The position numbers were made by a program, and so were the translations under genes. A model generated the notes under the pieces. It worked only from the letters and a program-made list of their open reading frames with translations, ran no database searches and was not told where the DNA came from. Shown here one piece after another: positions 24,631 to 37,180 of a stretch of 64,000 nucleotides of DNA. How positions within the stretch are numbered: the first letter of the stretch is position 1; each line of letters begins with the position of its first letter. This stretch comes from Octopus bimaculoides (taxonomy: Eukaryota), in contig NC_068981.1 of the NCBI RefSeq assembly GCF_001194135.2, positions 112,423,178 to 112,487,177 of the forward strand. The letters are read 5' to 3'.

Positions 24631-25520
24631 TTATTTTTATTCACTGCAGATTTGTTACAAAAGCCTTTCTTTTGATTGTTTAGAGAATTTGGATATTTAA
24701 TTGTTATCAAAGTGGATGAAAAGTTTTCTTTCATTTGACTTTATACAAGATGACAGACATTCTAAATAAATTAGGAGTTTATTCTCACCAAAATAAATGA
24801 GGAATGTTGATTATTTCCAATATCTTAGTTTTTCACTTCAAAGGTTTGTAAATAATGGCATTTATAGCAACAAAAAGATATTACCCTCCCTTTTCCTCAA
24901 TACAGAAAAGGAAAAATACTGAAAAATGTGATGCTTGTAAGAAAATAAAGATAAAAAACTGTTTCTTTGTCACAAGACATGTTGAAAGAAGGTATTAACA
25001 TATTGAAATCCAGGAACAATGACTTTATTAATGAAAACGACAGCATGTACAGACAAGCTTTACTGAGTGAACATGCTGTCAAGTCAGAGATTTCTTGTTT
25101 TCATTTTCAAATATCACTAGTAACACAGAAAGTGTAAATAATGATTTCACATGAACAAGACCAATATTACAAGAGTTGTATAACAAAGAAAAAAAATTTC
25201 TTCTTGACCATGTTAGTAAAGAGTAAGAGGGACACAAAATTGCTTATATCTGTCTTACAAAGCACGCAAGGGTAGTCCTTGTACCATTGAAATAAACAGC
25301 ACGGGTCAACATGTGGAAGAACCCTTCCTCCATTGGCTGATGTACAATGTATAGGTCTCTATGAATACTTTACAGGAACAAGCTGAAGCAAGCAAACAAG
25401 CCAACAAGGTGTAATATAACAACAGCTTATACTTTTGTGCCACTGGGGACACAAATAATGTGGGTCAAGGTGATGAATGTTGACAATAATGTTGATCTTT
25501 GCTTTGTCATCACCTTCATA

Positions 25521-26700
25521 TCAGGTCATCCCATAAGTTCTGTCCGATTTTACCTTTTCTAAAATTGAATGAAATTTTATAGTATTTTAGAATGTTTAAT
25601 GGAATTAAAAATTATTTTTATGCATTTGTATACATTTAAACTAATTAAATATTATTTTACAGAATAATAGAATTAAAATTTCTTTGATTAAAGCCCTTTC
25701 TAACATAGAAGTATCCAAAGGGCATTTAAGGCACACAATGCTTTATGAGTACAAAAAAGGAAACTCTGCAGCCGAAGCGACTCAAAACATACACTCAGAT
25801 TATGGGAAAGAATGCTTGCATGAATTAACTTGCAGAAGATGGTTTGCAAAATTCAGAAGTGGAGATTTCAACCTTGAAGATGAAGATCGAACAGGACTTC
25901 CAGTTGAGTTTGATGATAAGCTCCTTGAGGCATTACTTGAAGAAAATCATGCATTATCAGTTGAAGAATTGGCAATAAAGCTTAGTTCAAACCATACAAC
26001 TGTTCATCATCATCTTCAACAACTTGGAAAGGTTCCTAAANNNNNNNNNNNNNNNNNNNNNNNNNNNNNNNNNNNNNNNNNNNNNNNNNNNNNNNNNNNN
26101 NNNNNNNNNNNNNNNNNNNNNNNNNNNNNNNNNNNNNNNNNNNNNNNNNNNNNNNNNNNNNNNNNNNNNNNNNNNNNNNNNNNNNNNNNNNNNNNNNNNN
26201 NNNNNNNNNNNNNNNNNNNNNNNNNNNNNNNNNNNNNNNNNNNNNNNNNNNNNNNNNNNNNNNNNNNNNNNNNNNNNNNNNNNNNNNNNNNNGGAGTAAT
26301 TCACTTTGAATTGTTACCACCTAATGCAACATTCAATGCTCAAGTCTACTGTCAGCAATTAGAGCGTTTGATCAAAGAGCTTGGTTGGGAAAAAATTTGT
26401 CATCCACCTTATTCTCCTGACCTTGCTCCTTCTGACTAGCATTTGTTTCATTGTTTATAGAATCATTTGTGGGACATAACTTTCGCAAGCCAGAAGGAGG
26501 TCGAAACTGACATTTCAGAGTTCTTCATGTTGAAACCAAAAGAGTTTTACATTGATGGGATTAAAAAGCTTGTAAATAGATGGAAGGAAGTTATAGATAA
26601 TCAGGGAAAGTACATTGATGATTAAATTTCAATTAAATATAACATGTGATCACTTGTTTTCTTTATTCAAAATTCGGACAGAACTTATTGGATGACCTGA
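25521..26700 (+). mobile_element. Mariner transposon, internally deleted
   Basis: 30-bp TIRs tcaggtcatcccataagttctgtccgattt / aattcggacagaacttattggatgacctga, TA on both sides; ORF HLRHTMLYEY...RRWFAKFRSGDFNLED...HPPYSPDLAPSD. Confidence 0.95.
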
Positions 26701-28062
26701 TAGTACATTACGAGCAAATAACGGATGCTAAGGTCACAAAGAATAACATATTGTCAGGTGGGTTCTCAATGAACTTATAGACTCCGAAGATTACAAGACC
26801 ATTCCAGAACCTAACATGAATGCAGAATGAAGGTAATGGTATAGTAATGCAGGGTGGGAAACCAAATTGCTGCAAAAACCACTTCAGGGATCTTTGCTCA
26901 CTGGAGCACCCAAGACAAAAGTAAAGAAACCAGCAGTAGAAGCATTCACATCAAATTCTAGAAACTATTGACCTCCATTTTACGGTATACAAAATTGTAA
27001 AATCATGGAAGAATTGTTGGCCGGTTTGCTCGAGTTGCAAAAACAGCAACAACAACAACAATTACCATTACAGCAACAAATGCTACAATTAATGAATAGT
27101 AAGTTGTCAAAAGATGCTGGAAAGATGTTCTCATCAGATTATGTTGCAAAGTCAGTAGCGGAATTTAAGTATGAATCAGATGAAGGAGTTACCTTCGAGG
27201 CATACTAAAGAAGACAGGAATAAATTTTCAATAAAGAGTGCAAGGATTGGGATGATGATATGAAAACACATCTAATCTTAAGAAAGCTGGTTGTAGGAGA
27301 ACATGAGCATTACAGAAATTACATACTCTCAAAAAAACCTTTTGACATAAACTTTAAAAATACAGTAGACATATTGTGTGAAATGTGTTAGCAAGAAAAG
27401 CTCATTGTTCAATACACACTGGAAATGTTTGAACCTAGAAAAGAACAACGAGGAGAACTGCATCACATATGCTTGTAGACTTAAAAGAAAATGTGAAAAG
27501 TTCAAACTGGACGAATTAACACCAAGTATATTCAAGTTCCTGATATTTACTCAGGGACTAACTGCAGAAAAAGACACAGAAGTAAGAACAAGAACTCTTG
27601 CTAAGCTGTAACCTTTCAACAAGTGTCAGAAGGGTGTGAAAGAATAGACACGACACAGAGAAAATTGAATATAAAGATTGCTCCCAAGTGAAACAAGTGC
27701 ATTGGAAGAAACAAAACAGGCAGAATACAAATCAAGTGTGTGATAAAATACAGTATAAACAGGACAAAATTCAGGAAACAAACCCAAGTTTTGAATGTGG
27801 AGGTCTACACTGGAGAAAAAATGCCCATTTAAGAAAGTGGAATGTTTTCATTATGGCAAAATTGGACACACAAAAGCGCACTGTAAAACCAAGATGACAA
27901 AACGTTGGAACAAAGAGAAAAGAATAAACAAGATGTCGTCAAAGAAAAATGGTAATGTGACAAAGAGGAAATTAATAAATATGAAAATTAAAAGTATAAG
28001 AGGAAAATGCAGTTACACACGGGAAGTGATATTACCATTGTGAATGAAGGAACTTGGAAGTA

Positions 28063-29333
28063 TCAGATCATTAAGAATGAAATATCTGATTTTGAACTGA
28101 AAGTTATTTTACTTTATCTCAACAAAAAGCTATGCAGTTAATCAAAGTGTGCACATACATTATCAACACAATTTTGCCATTTTATCAGTAGCTTATTTAT
28201 GCTGGCAGTGAAGAATTTTGGAGAACAAGAGGTGATGAAATCATGAAAGGCTGTTTTTGTGCCTTTTAAGTTTTTTTCCTTGCAAAACTTGTCTAAAGCC
28301 TGGAAAATGTGATAGTCAGTTGGTGCAAGGTCTGGTGAATATGGTGAATGACTGAGTATTTCCAAGTTCAGTTCCTGTAACTTGAGTAGTGTTTGTTGTG
28401 TAACATGTGGTCAAGCATTGTCTTGCAAGAGAATTGGCCTGTCTCTATTGACCAATCTCATTGTTTAATTACAAGTTCACTCATCATTTCATCCTGTTGG
28501 TTGATGTATACATCCGCTGTAATTGACTTATCAGGTCTCATGAAGCTATAGCGAATAACACCAGTGCTGCAACTCCAAACAGACATCATTAGCCTTTTTG
28601 GCAAATATTCGTTTTTGGGATTGTGTTTTGGCACTTCATATCTATCCAACCACCATGCAGAACTCTTGCTATTGTTGAAAAGAATCCATTTTTCATCACA
28701 CATAGCAAAACGATGCAAAAACAGTTCACTTTTATATTATGACAGTAAAGAACAGCAAGTTCCAAGACAAGTTATTTGATGCTCATTCAATTTGTGTGGT
28801 GCCCACTTGTCCAGCTTCTTTACCTTGCCAATTTGTTTCAGATGGTCGAATACAGTTGGAATCAAAACATCAAACCTTGCTGCTAGCTCATGTGTAGTTT
28901 GAGATGTATCTGCTTCCATTACAGTTTCCTGCTCATCATTATCCACCTTGGTCTCAGGTCTACCATGGGGCTGATTTTCAAGAGTAGAGTCACCAGACTG
29001 GAACTTCTCAAACCATCAGCGTACAGTGCTCTCATTCGCCACAGCTTCACCAAACACCTCATTGATGTTTCAAGCTGTGAAGAATGTGTTGGTTCCACGA
29101 TGGAACTCATATTCATAAACAACGTGAATTTTTGATCTATCAATGGGTTCACAAAAATCGATTTCCAAGAGAAAACTCAGAATATAATCAGACACGATGA
29201 ATTGCATTCCAAAAAGTGATGATGAAACTCTTCAATGCTGTAAAACAAAGAATTATCAGGATAAAACATTAGTGTTAATGACTGTCAAACTTGGTGCATA
29301 AGAAAATCAGACATTTCATTTTTAATGACCTGA
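28063..29333 (-). mobile_element. Mariner transposon inserted in the Gypsy protease
   Basis: TIRs tcagatcattaagaatgaaatatctgatttt / aaaatcagacatttcatttttaatgacctga; TA duplication at 28061-62 and 29334-35; motifs MCDEKWILFNN, YSPDLAPTDYHIF. Confidence 0.95.
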
Positions 29334-30016
29334 TATATCCATAAGCCAAAATTAAGTAAATCTACAAAAGTGGCACATGGTATTACAGGTAAAAGATTGT
29401 ATTTTGTAGGTGAATTTGTGTGTAATATGACATTTTGTGACCAAATGAAAATAGGTAAAATTATATGTATCAAAAAATTCAGTTAATCTGTGGACCTATT
29501 CATGTTGTGGAATACGTCCGTAAGTGTTTTGTGTGAGAATATAGTCAGTTCAGTCGAAGGTTTGAATGCAGCTGAGAGATTGAAACAAAAAAGAAAACAT
29601 TTATTTGCAGATGTTTTCTCAGATGAAGTGGGTTACTGCACTAAAATAAAGGCAAAAATTGTAGTAAAACAAAGTGCAACACCTGTATTTAAGCCAAAAT
29701 GGAATGTATCATTCACAGCACTAGAACAGGTAAAGAAGGAACTTGAAAGACTCAAGTACCTAGGAATAATCAAGGAGACAGACCACTAATATTGGGCAGC
29801 ATGTACAGTCTATGTAAAAAAGAAAAATAATAAGTTAAGAGTTTGTGCAAATTTTTCAACAGGGTTGAATGATTGTTTAATCTCACATAACTACCCATTG
29901 CCGAATCCTGAGGAAGTGTTCACAAAATTGAATAGAGGGAAATTCTTCTCGGAATTAGACCTCAGAGGCATATTTACAAATCCAAGTAGAATAAGAATGC
30001 TCACACTTATTAGCCA

Positions 30017-31470
30017 CTAGCAGAAATACCCGGCGTTGCCCGGGTTAAAGAGAATAATGATATCTAAAAACGCTGTCTAGACTACGCATCATCTTTATAT
30101 ATAGAGATGTATATACACACACGCACCCAAACACACGTATATATATTTATATCAATATAAATATATGAAAGTCAATGAAGTTTCGTAAAAGAAGGTGATC
30201 ATGTACATACTTTCTTGCTGTTGTGATTATAACACCTCATTGTAAACTATGTTCCTTGTTTTCCCTTGTGGAGCATATACAAATAGGTTTTTTGTNNNNN
30301 NNNNNNNNNNNNNNNNNNNNNNNNNNNNNNNNNNNNNNNNNNNNNNNNNNNNNNNNNNNNNNNNNNNNNNNNNNNNNNNNNNNNNNNNNNNNNNNNNNNN
30401 NNNNNNNNNNNNNNNNNNNNNNNNNNNNNNNNNNNNNNNNNNNNNNNNNNNNNNNNNNNNNNNNNNNNNNNNNNNNNNNNNNNNNNNNNNNNNNNNNNNN
30501 NNNNNNNNNNNNNNNNNNNNNNNNNNNNNNNNNNNNNNNNNNNNNNNNNNNNNNNNNNNNNNNNNNNNNNNNNNNNNNNNNNNNNNNNNNNNNNNNNNNN
30601 NNNNNNNNNNNNNNNNNNNNNNNNNNNNNNNNNNNNNNNNNNNNNNNNNNNNNNNNNNNNNNNNNNNNNNNNNNNNNNNNNNNNNNNNNNNNNNNNNNNN
30701 NNNNNNNNNNNNNNNNNNNNNNNNNNNNNNNNNNNNNNNNNNNNNNNNNNNNNNNNNNNNNNNNNNNNNNNNNNNNNNNNNNNNNNNNNNNNNNNNNNNN
30801 NNNNNNNNNNNNNNNNNNNNNNNNNNNNNNNNNNNNNNNNNNNNNNNNNNNNNNNNNNNNNNNNNNNNNNNNNNNNNNNNNNNNNNNNNNNNNNNNNNNN
30901 NNNNNNNNNNNNNNNNNNNNNNNNNNNNNNNNNNNNNNNNNNNNNNNNNNNNNNNNNNNNNNNNNNNNNNNNNNNNNNNNNNNNNNNNNNNNNNNNNNNN
31001 NNNNNNNNNNNNNNNNNNNNNNNNNNNNNNNNNNNNNNNNNNNNNNNNNNNNNNNNNNNNNNNNNNNNNNNNNNNNNNNNNNNNNNNNNNNACATCTCTC
31101 TCTCTCTCTCTTTCTGTCTCTCTCTTTCTCTCTTTCTCTCTGTGTGAAAGTATCTGTCACTACACTATCGAAATGTGATTGTTTCAGTTAATGGAATAGT
31201 TTCATTTTTAAAGTGAAAGTATTTGACATGAGTGTTTTTGTTTCACTTTTGACACGTAATACTTAAATAGTGGAGGAGATATTATGTTGCCGTGTGCTCG
31301 AACTCTGCAAGAAGTTAATAATTTTTTTTTGACTAAAACACAACTGGAACCCTAAGTAAGGCATGTGTAAAATTTGAATGAAATTGGTTGCGTAGTTCTC
31401 GAGTTTTAGGGATTCACACAGACAGACAGACAGACAGACAGACACACATTCTCATTTTTATATATATAGA
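30017..31470 (-). mobile_element. Non-autonomous Helitron inserted in the Gypsy RT
   Basis: On the minus strand: A|TC...CTAG|T with no TSD; GC-rich hairpin acccggcgttgcccgggt (30028-30045) just before CTAG; interior largely N. Confidence 0.9.
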
Positions 31471-33804
31471 TTAATACACACCATGGCTTATTTAAATTTA
31501 AGCGGCTTCCTTTTGGTGTAAAAGTGGCTCCTTCCATATTTCAGCAAATACTGGATACAATGCCAGGTGACTGATTTTGCTATCACCTATTTAGACAACA
31601 TCCTAATAAAAAGCAAATCACATGAACATGTTGATCACATAAAGAGGGTATACAAAAAGATAAGAGAATACGTTTTTAAGTTAGGTGAAGAAAAATGTGA
31701 GTTCTTTCTAAAAAAATTAATTACTTAGGCCAGATAATAGATACAAAATAATAAATTTAAAAAAACTGGATCCATCCAGAGCAACTGCAATAAAAAATAT
31801 GCCCACGCCAAATAATGTTACTATGCTACAAGCATTCTTGGGTTTAGTAACCTACTATAAAATTTAGATTCTCAATATACACAATGTAAGGGCTGCACTA
31901 AATGATTTATCAAAGAAAAACACAAAATGGTGCTGGACTGATAAGTGTCAGAAGACATTTGACAAATTCAAAAACATTTTAACATTGAAGCATTTTGATC
32001 TGAAATAGGATATTATATTGGCTACAGATGCAAGTAATTATGGTGTAGGAGCAGTGCTCCTGCACAAATATGATAATGGGTGTAAAAAGGCTATAGCTCA
32101 TGCGTCATGATCGTTATTACCAGCCAAAATGAACTATAATCAAACAGAAAAGGAAGCGTTAGCAATCATATTTGGTGTGAAAAATTTCCATAGGTTTATT
32201 CATGGAAGAAGTTTGTCTACAAGCAGACCATCGCCCACTACTGGTATTCCTACAAAAGGAATACCAACAAACACAGCAAATAGACTACAGCAATGGGACA
32301 TTACATTATTGAATTATGATTACAGAATGGAATATTTATGGTCAAAAAATCTAGGGCATGTGGATGGTTTGTCCAGACTGATACCGAAACTCTGCAAGCC
32401 ATTCAAAGATGTGATAATCACATCTTTAAGAGTAGAAGGAGAAATAAAAAATGTAATGAGGAATTTGGTACGCAAATTACTGGCAACCCTTGAAGACATA
32501 AAATGAAATGCAGAAAATGACAAATTCATAACAGAAATGAAAAGAATATTGTGGACAAGAAAAGTAAATAGGAACAGGATTGGTGCAAAATGAAACCAAG
32601 ATGTGAACCTATACTCAATTTGTGATGGTGTACTGATGTATGCACAGAGAGCAGTAATACCTGAAACTCTGTGAAAGAAAATGTTGAAGGAATTCTATGT
32701 TGGACATCCTAGTATTTCAAGTGTAGTTATGTGTATTGGCCAAAACTGGAAAATTTAGTGAAAAGCTGCAGAGGATGTGCTCTAGCAACAAAATTACTGA
32801 CAATAAAAAGTGAACGTTGGCCAAAAGTAGATGTTCCATGGTTGAGACTACACATTGATTTCGTTGGTCCTTAAATGGTTCATACTACTTAGTGGTAGTT
32901 GATAGTTTCTGTACATGGGCAGAAATTTGTAAGTGTAAAAAGCCAACCTCCTCAGCTGTGACAAACTTTCTACATAAGCTGTTTGCAAGCTTTGGTATCC
33001 CAGGCACAGTAGTGTCTGACAATGGAACACGATTTCTGTCTTTTGAGTTTAAAAAGTTTTGTAAAACATTCACTGTAGAACATGTAACTATGACACCATA
33101 TCATCCCAGATCTAATGGACAAGCAGAACACTTTGTTGATATGTCAAAAGAGCCTGAAGAAAGTCGAATAAGGAAGTCGCGGATGAGATAGCTCTCCAAC
33201 AATTCTTAAGAGTATACTATGTGACACCAAATCCAAACATACCAGCATGTATGTCACCAGCAGAGCTGATGTTTGCAAAGAAAATAAAACCGGTCTTTGA
33301 CAAATTACTGATCCTGGTAAGAAAAGAAAAATTGCAATGGAAAATACACCAAGATATTTCAAAATTGGTGAAAATGTATTTGTTAGGGCTTATAAGAAAG
33401 GAAAACAAAGTTGGAAAGATGGCATGATTTCCAAATGCATAAAAAAAATACTATTCTTGGTAAAAGGAAGAAAAGGAGCATACAAGAGACACATGAACCA
33501 ACTGAAGAAAGATTTGTTGAGAGTGAACCCAAGAGAATGGAAGAACCAATGGAATGGTTATATGATACTTTTCAAGTACCAATGCCACTACATATAATTG
33601 AATCTAGATGCACAAACAAAAGGAAAAGAAAATATATGGAGTTCCTGGAAGTGGATGCTGAACAAAAAATATATTAAATCTGTAACTGGATGAAAAAAAA
33701 GGAAAAAAAACTCAAAAAAGGGAGGTGGGGTGATGTAAAAATTATTGCTAATAAAGAGAAATAAAATTACACTCCCTAAAAAAAGAAAAACTTGAAAATG
33801 GAGA

Positions 33805-34024
33805 TGTTATGGGGATAATAGTAATAATGGAGCACCTCTCCCACATGACGAGTGGAATGTGCTAGTCATTATAAATACTGTGATGTAGGAAGTCGAGAAG
33901 TACATCTGACAGTTGTGTCTTACTTGTCTAACTAACTATACTGCTGTACCAGAGTGGACATTATAAGAGTCTCATTCATTATAATCATCATCATTATTTT
34001 ATGAGTGTAACTCATTACCTTACA
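33805..34024 (+). repeat. Probable 3' LTR of the Gypsy element
   Basis: TG...CA ends (tgttat...ttaca), preceded by purine-rich gaaaatggaga; no matching 5' LTR found. Confidence 0.55.
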
Positions 34025-34604
34025 AAGATAACTTGTAGACCAATTAATATGATGCTGCTAGAACTTAATGTTACCCTAACAGTGTACAGAAAAGATAAAC
34101 AAGATATCTTTCTTCTCATATCTGTTTGCATGCTCAACCAATAACAATATAATACAACACTAAGTTGCTCAAACTCCTTGAAGGAATCTTTACACAGTTG
34201 TTTGAACAGCAAGTAATAAGCAGTGAAATCTACATGAAATCATACCTTACCATCTCAAAAAAAAAAAAAAAAGGAGCAAGAGACACACTAAATAATGCAA
34301 CCCTAGCTACTTCAAAAAGTAGCTAGGGTGGAGGAAAAAAGAGAAATAAACCACAACTCTGCTAAAGACAACCAAAACCAAGATGCAGTGTTAAACTGTG
34401 ACAAATTACATCCAGTTCCTAACTACACTTGTTAACTAACTTGTATACAAACCATATTTGTTAATTACTGATTGTCTCATAAATAAGTACAGTTTTGTAC
34501 TTTAACTATTGTTCAATTAACCATAGTTGAAAAGTTTTTCTTTAGTTAATGACCTTTTAATTACATATTTAAATGATCATTTTAATTCTGCTTTCTTTTC
34601 CTAG

Positions 34605-34692
34605 TGAAATGAATCTTTTGATTGCTGCTCATATGTCAGACCAAATTCTGGAAGAAGTTATTGAATCATTATCAAAGAGTCACAAAAAATTG
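34605..34692 (+). CDS. CARMIL: CARMIL internal exon
   Basis: ttttcctag|...|gttagt; phase 2->0; (S)EMNLLIAAHMSDQILEEVIESLSKSHKKL. Resembles, from memory, human CARMIL1 [30 protein letters not shown]; joins the 12001 and 40004 exons in frame. Confidence 0.87.
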
Positions 34693-34869
34693 GTTAGTTG
34701 AAAATATTTTCTTCTTCGAAAAAATATCCTTTTACCTCTCACTTCATGTTGAATTAAAATTAATCCTCTTTTTTAAATATGTTTACTATAGTTGTGATGG
34801 ATGTAACATTAAAGAGTATGGCCTCTGTCTAGTTTGATCTTTAAATCCTGCTCTTATAGCCGGCAACAA

Positions 34870-35294
34870 TCTCGCTCGAAAACCCTACGAAGGCCAGTCA
34901 GGCGGTACTGGCAACGGTCATGCTCAAAATGGTGCATCTTATGTGCCACCCACACAAGAGCCAGTCCAGGGGCACTGGCAACGATCTCACTTGGCTTGCC
35001 GGGTCTTCTCACACACAACACATTTCCAAAGGTCTCGGTCAGTAGTCATCGCCTTGGTGAGGCCCAATGTTCGAAGGTCTTGCCTCACCACCTCAGCCCA
35101 GGTTTTCCTGGGCCTACCTCTTCCACGGGTTCCCTCAATTGTTAGAGTGTGACACTTTTTCACACAGCTATCCTCATTCATTCTCACCACATGTCCATAC
35201 CAGCGCAATCGTCTCTCTTGCACACCACAACTGATGCTTCTTATGTCAGCTTTTCTCTCAAGATACTTACACTCTGACAGGTATGCACATTGAC
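34870..35294 (-). mobile_element. RTE LINE 3' fragment
   Basis: RRLRWYGHVVRMNEDSCVKKC...GRGRPRKTWAEVVRQDL; runs into a gap. Confidence 0.88.
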
Positions 35295-35813
35295 NNNNNN
35301 NNNNNNNNNNNNNNNNNNNNNNNNNNNNNNNNNNNNNNNNNNNNNNNNNNNNNNNNNNNNNNNNNNNNNNNNNNNNNNNNNNNNNNNNNNNNNNNNNNNN
35401 NNNNNNNNNNNNNNNNNNNNNNNNNNNNNNNNNNNNNNNNNNNNNNNNNNNNNNNNNNNNNNNNNNNNNNNNNNNNNNNNNNNNNNNNNNNNNNNNNNNN
35501 NNNNNNNNNNNNNNNNNNNNNNNNNNNNNNNNNNNNNNNNNNNNNNNNNNNNNNNNNNNNNNNNNNNNNNNNNNNNNNNNNNNNNNNNNNNNNNNNNNNN
35601 NNNNNNNNNNNNNNNNNNNNNNNNNNNNNNNNNNNNNNNNNNNNNNNNNNNNNNNNNNNNNNNNNNNNNNNNNNNNNNNNNNNNNNNNNNNNNNNNNNNN
35701 NNNNNNNNNNNNNNNNNNNNNNNNNNNNNNNNNNNNNNNNNNNNNNNNNNNNNNNNNNNNNNNNNNNNNNNNNNNATAATATGTCTTTTCTACAGTAATT
35801 TTCTGCATTTTCG

Positions 35814-35902
35814 TGCAGCTGAAGATTGCTCTTCATATTGCATTTAATGTAATGCTCGCATCACTTAAATAAATTGGAGTAGCATGAAACGTGCGTTCTG
35901 CA
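35814..35902 (+). ncRNA. Hammerhead ribozyme-like motif with long stem II loop
   Basis: Stem I TGCAG/CTGCA; CTGAAGA (35819-25); stem II TTGCT...AGCAT (position 10.1 is T); GAAA (35886-89); stem III ACG-TG-CGT; H17 = T. Confidence 0.5.
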
Positions 35903-36297
35903 ATCACCTTTGAAATCCGTGTTGCTTATTTTTGATTTTGATCACCTATCCTTTTGGGATACGATATTCGGGTGCCTACTCATAAGTACCATATTCAACC
36001 TTGAATCTATATCTAAACCGTCTATATATATATATATATATATATACATACACTAATGATTTGTCGGTACATGTTATGTTTTTTTGTTATGTAACCATAA
36101 TATACTATAAAGTATATTAAATGTTCTTATAAGTCAGTGCCACATTCTACTGCATTAGCAGTGCTTTTTACATTATTTTGAAGTTATTTCTACAGATATT
36201 CTATAGAAATTTTAACCAGCATTGATTTTTGCTATGTTTCATATCAAGACATCAGATGTAAGCAAACAATGAAATTGAAGACAAAAATGGGTAATGA

Positions 36298-36343
36298 GTG
36301 TATATGCCATATTCCGGGGTTTTTTGCCCCTTCATCAGCACAC
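36298..36343 (-). ncRNA. Hammerhead-like motif downstream of the Naiad-like ORF
   Basis: Minus strand: GTGTG-CTGATGA-A-GGGG-CAAAAAA-CCCC-GGAA-TATG-G-CATA-T-A-CAC; one core change (A13->G); same strand as the PLE ORF. Confidence 0.55.
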
Positions 36344-37180
36344 CTATCTATGCTTATATAGCCACCACATAGAGCAGTGTTAAGTTATTAAATGTATCAA
36401 TTTACATATCAAACGCATTCCTGGGGCTGGTATGTAAAGACTAAAAATATATATAAAAATATAAAGAAGGAATAGTATAAACAAATACATACTCACACAG
36501 ACATATATATACATATATATATATACATACATCCATATATATACATATATACTAACACATAGACTATAAAACACACACTCACATATATATATACATATAA
36601 CCATATATATATATATATATACACATACGCATATAAATAAAAAAAACAAAAAAACATCATATACATACATATACACATACACTCATATATATATATATAT
36701 ATNNNNNNNNNNNNNNNNNNNNNNNNNNNNNNNNNNNNNNNNNNNNNNNNNNNNNNNNNNNNNNNNNNNNNNNNNNNNNNNNNNNNNNNNNNNNNNNNNN
36801 NNNNNNNNNNNNNNNNNNNNNNNNNNNNNNNNNNNNNNNNNNNNNNNNNNNNNNNNNNNNNNNNNNNNNNNNNNNNNNNNNNNNNNNNNNNNNNNNNNNN
36901 NNNNNNNNNNNNNNNNNNNNNNNNNNNNNNNNNNNNNNNNNNNNNNNNNNNNNNNNNNNNNNNNNNNNNNNNNNNNNNNNNNNNNNNNNNNNNNNNNNNN
37001 NNNNNNNNNNNNNNNNNNNNNNNNNNNNNNNNNNNNNNNNNNNNNNNNNNNNNNNNNNNNNNNNNNNNNNNNNNNNNNNNNNNNNNNNNNNNNNNNNNNN
37101 NNNNNNNNNNNNNNNNNNNNNNNNNNNNNNNNNNNNNNNNNNNNNNNNNNNNNNNNNNNNNNNNNNNNNNNNNNNNNNNN

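Larger units (their letters stand above)
26703..34024 (+). mobile_element. Ty3/Gypsy (Mag-like) LTR retrotransposon, decayed, interrupted twice
   Basis: gag (FKYESDEGVTFEAY; CFHYGKIGHTKAHC knuckle); protease L(H)TGSDITI; RT INTHHGLFKFKRLPFGV...YLDNILI; RNase [13 protein letters not shown]...YNQTEKEALAIIFGV; integrase VVVDSF...VSDNG...PYHPRSNGQAE. Confidence 0.93.

Noticed and set aside
24905-25350. Cys-containing fragmented reading (KCDACKKIK...LSQDMLKEGINILKSRNNDF)
   Set aside because: Multiple stops, no phase fit to CARMIL and no family I can name; probably an old TE remnant.
907-35847. Long ORF-track entries made mostly of X
   Set aside because: Artefacts of reading through N gaps.
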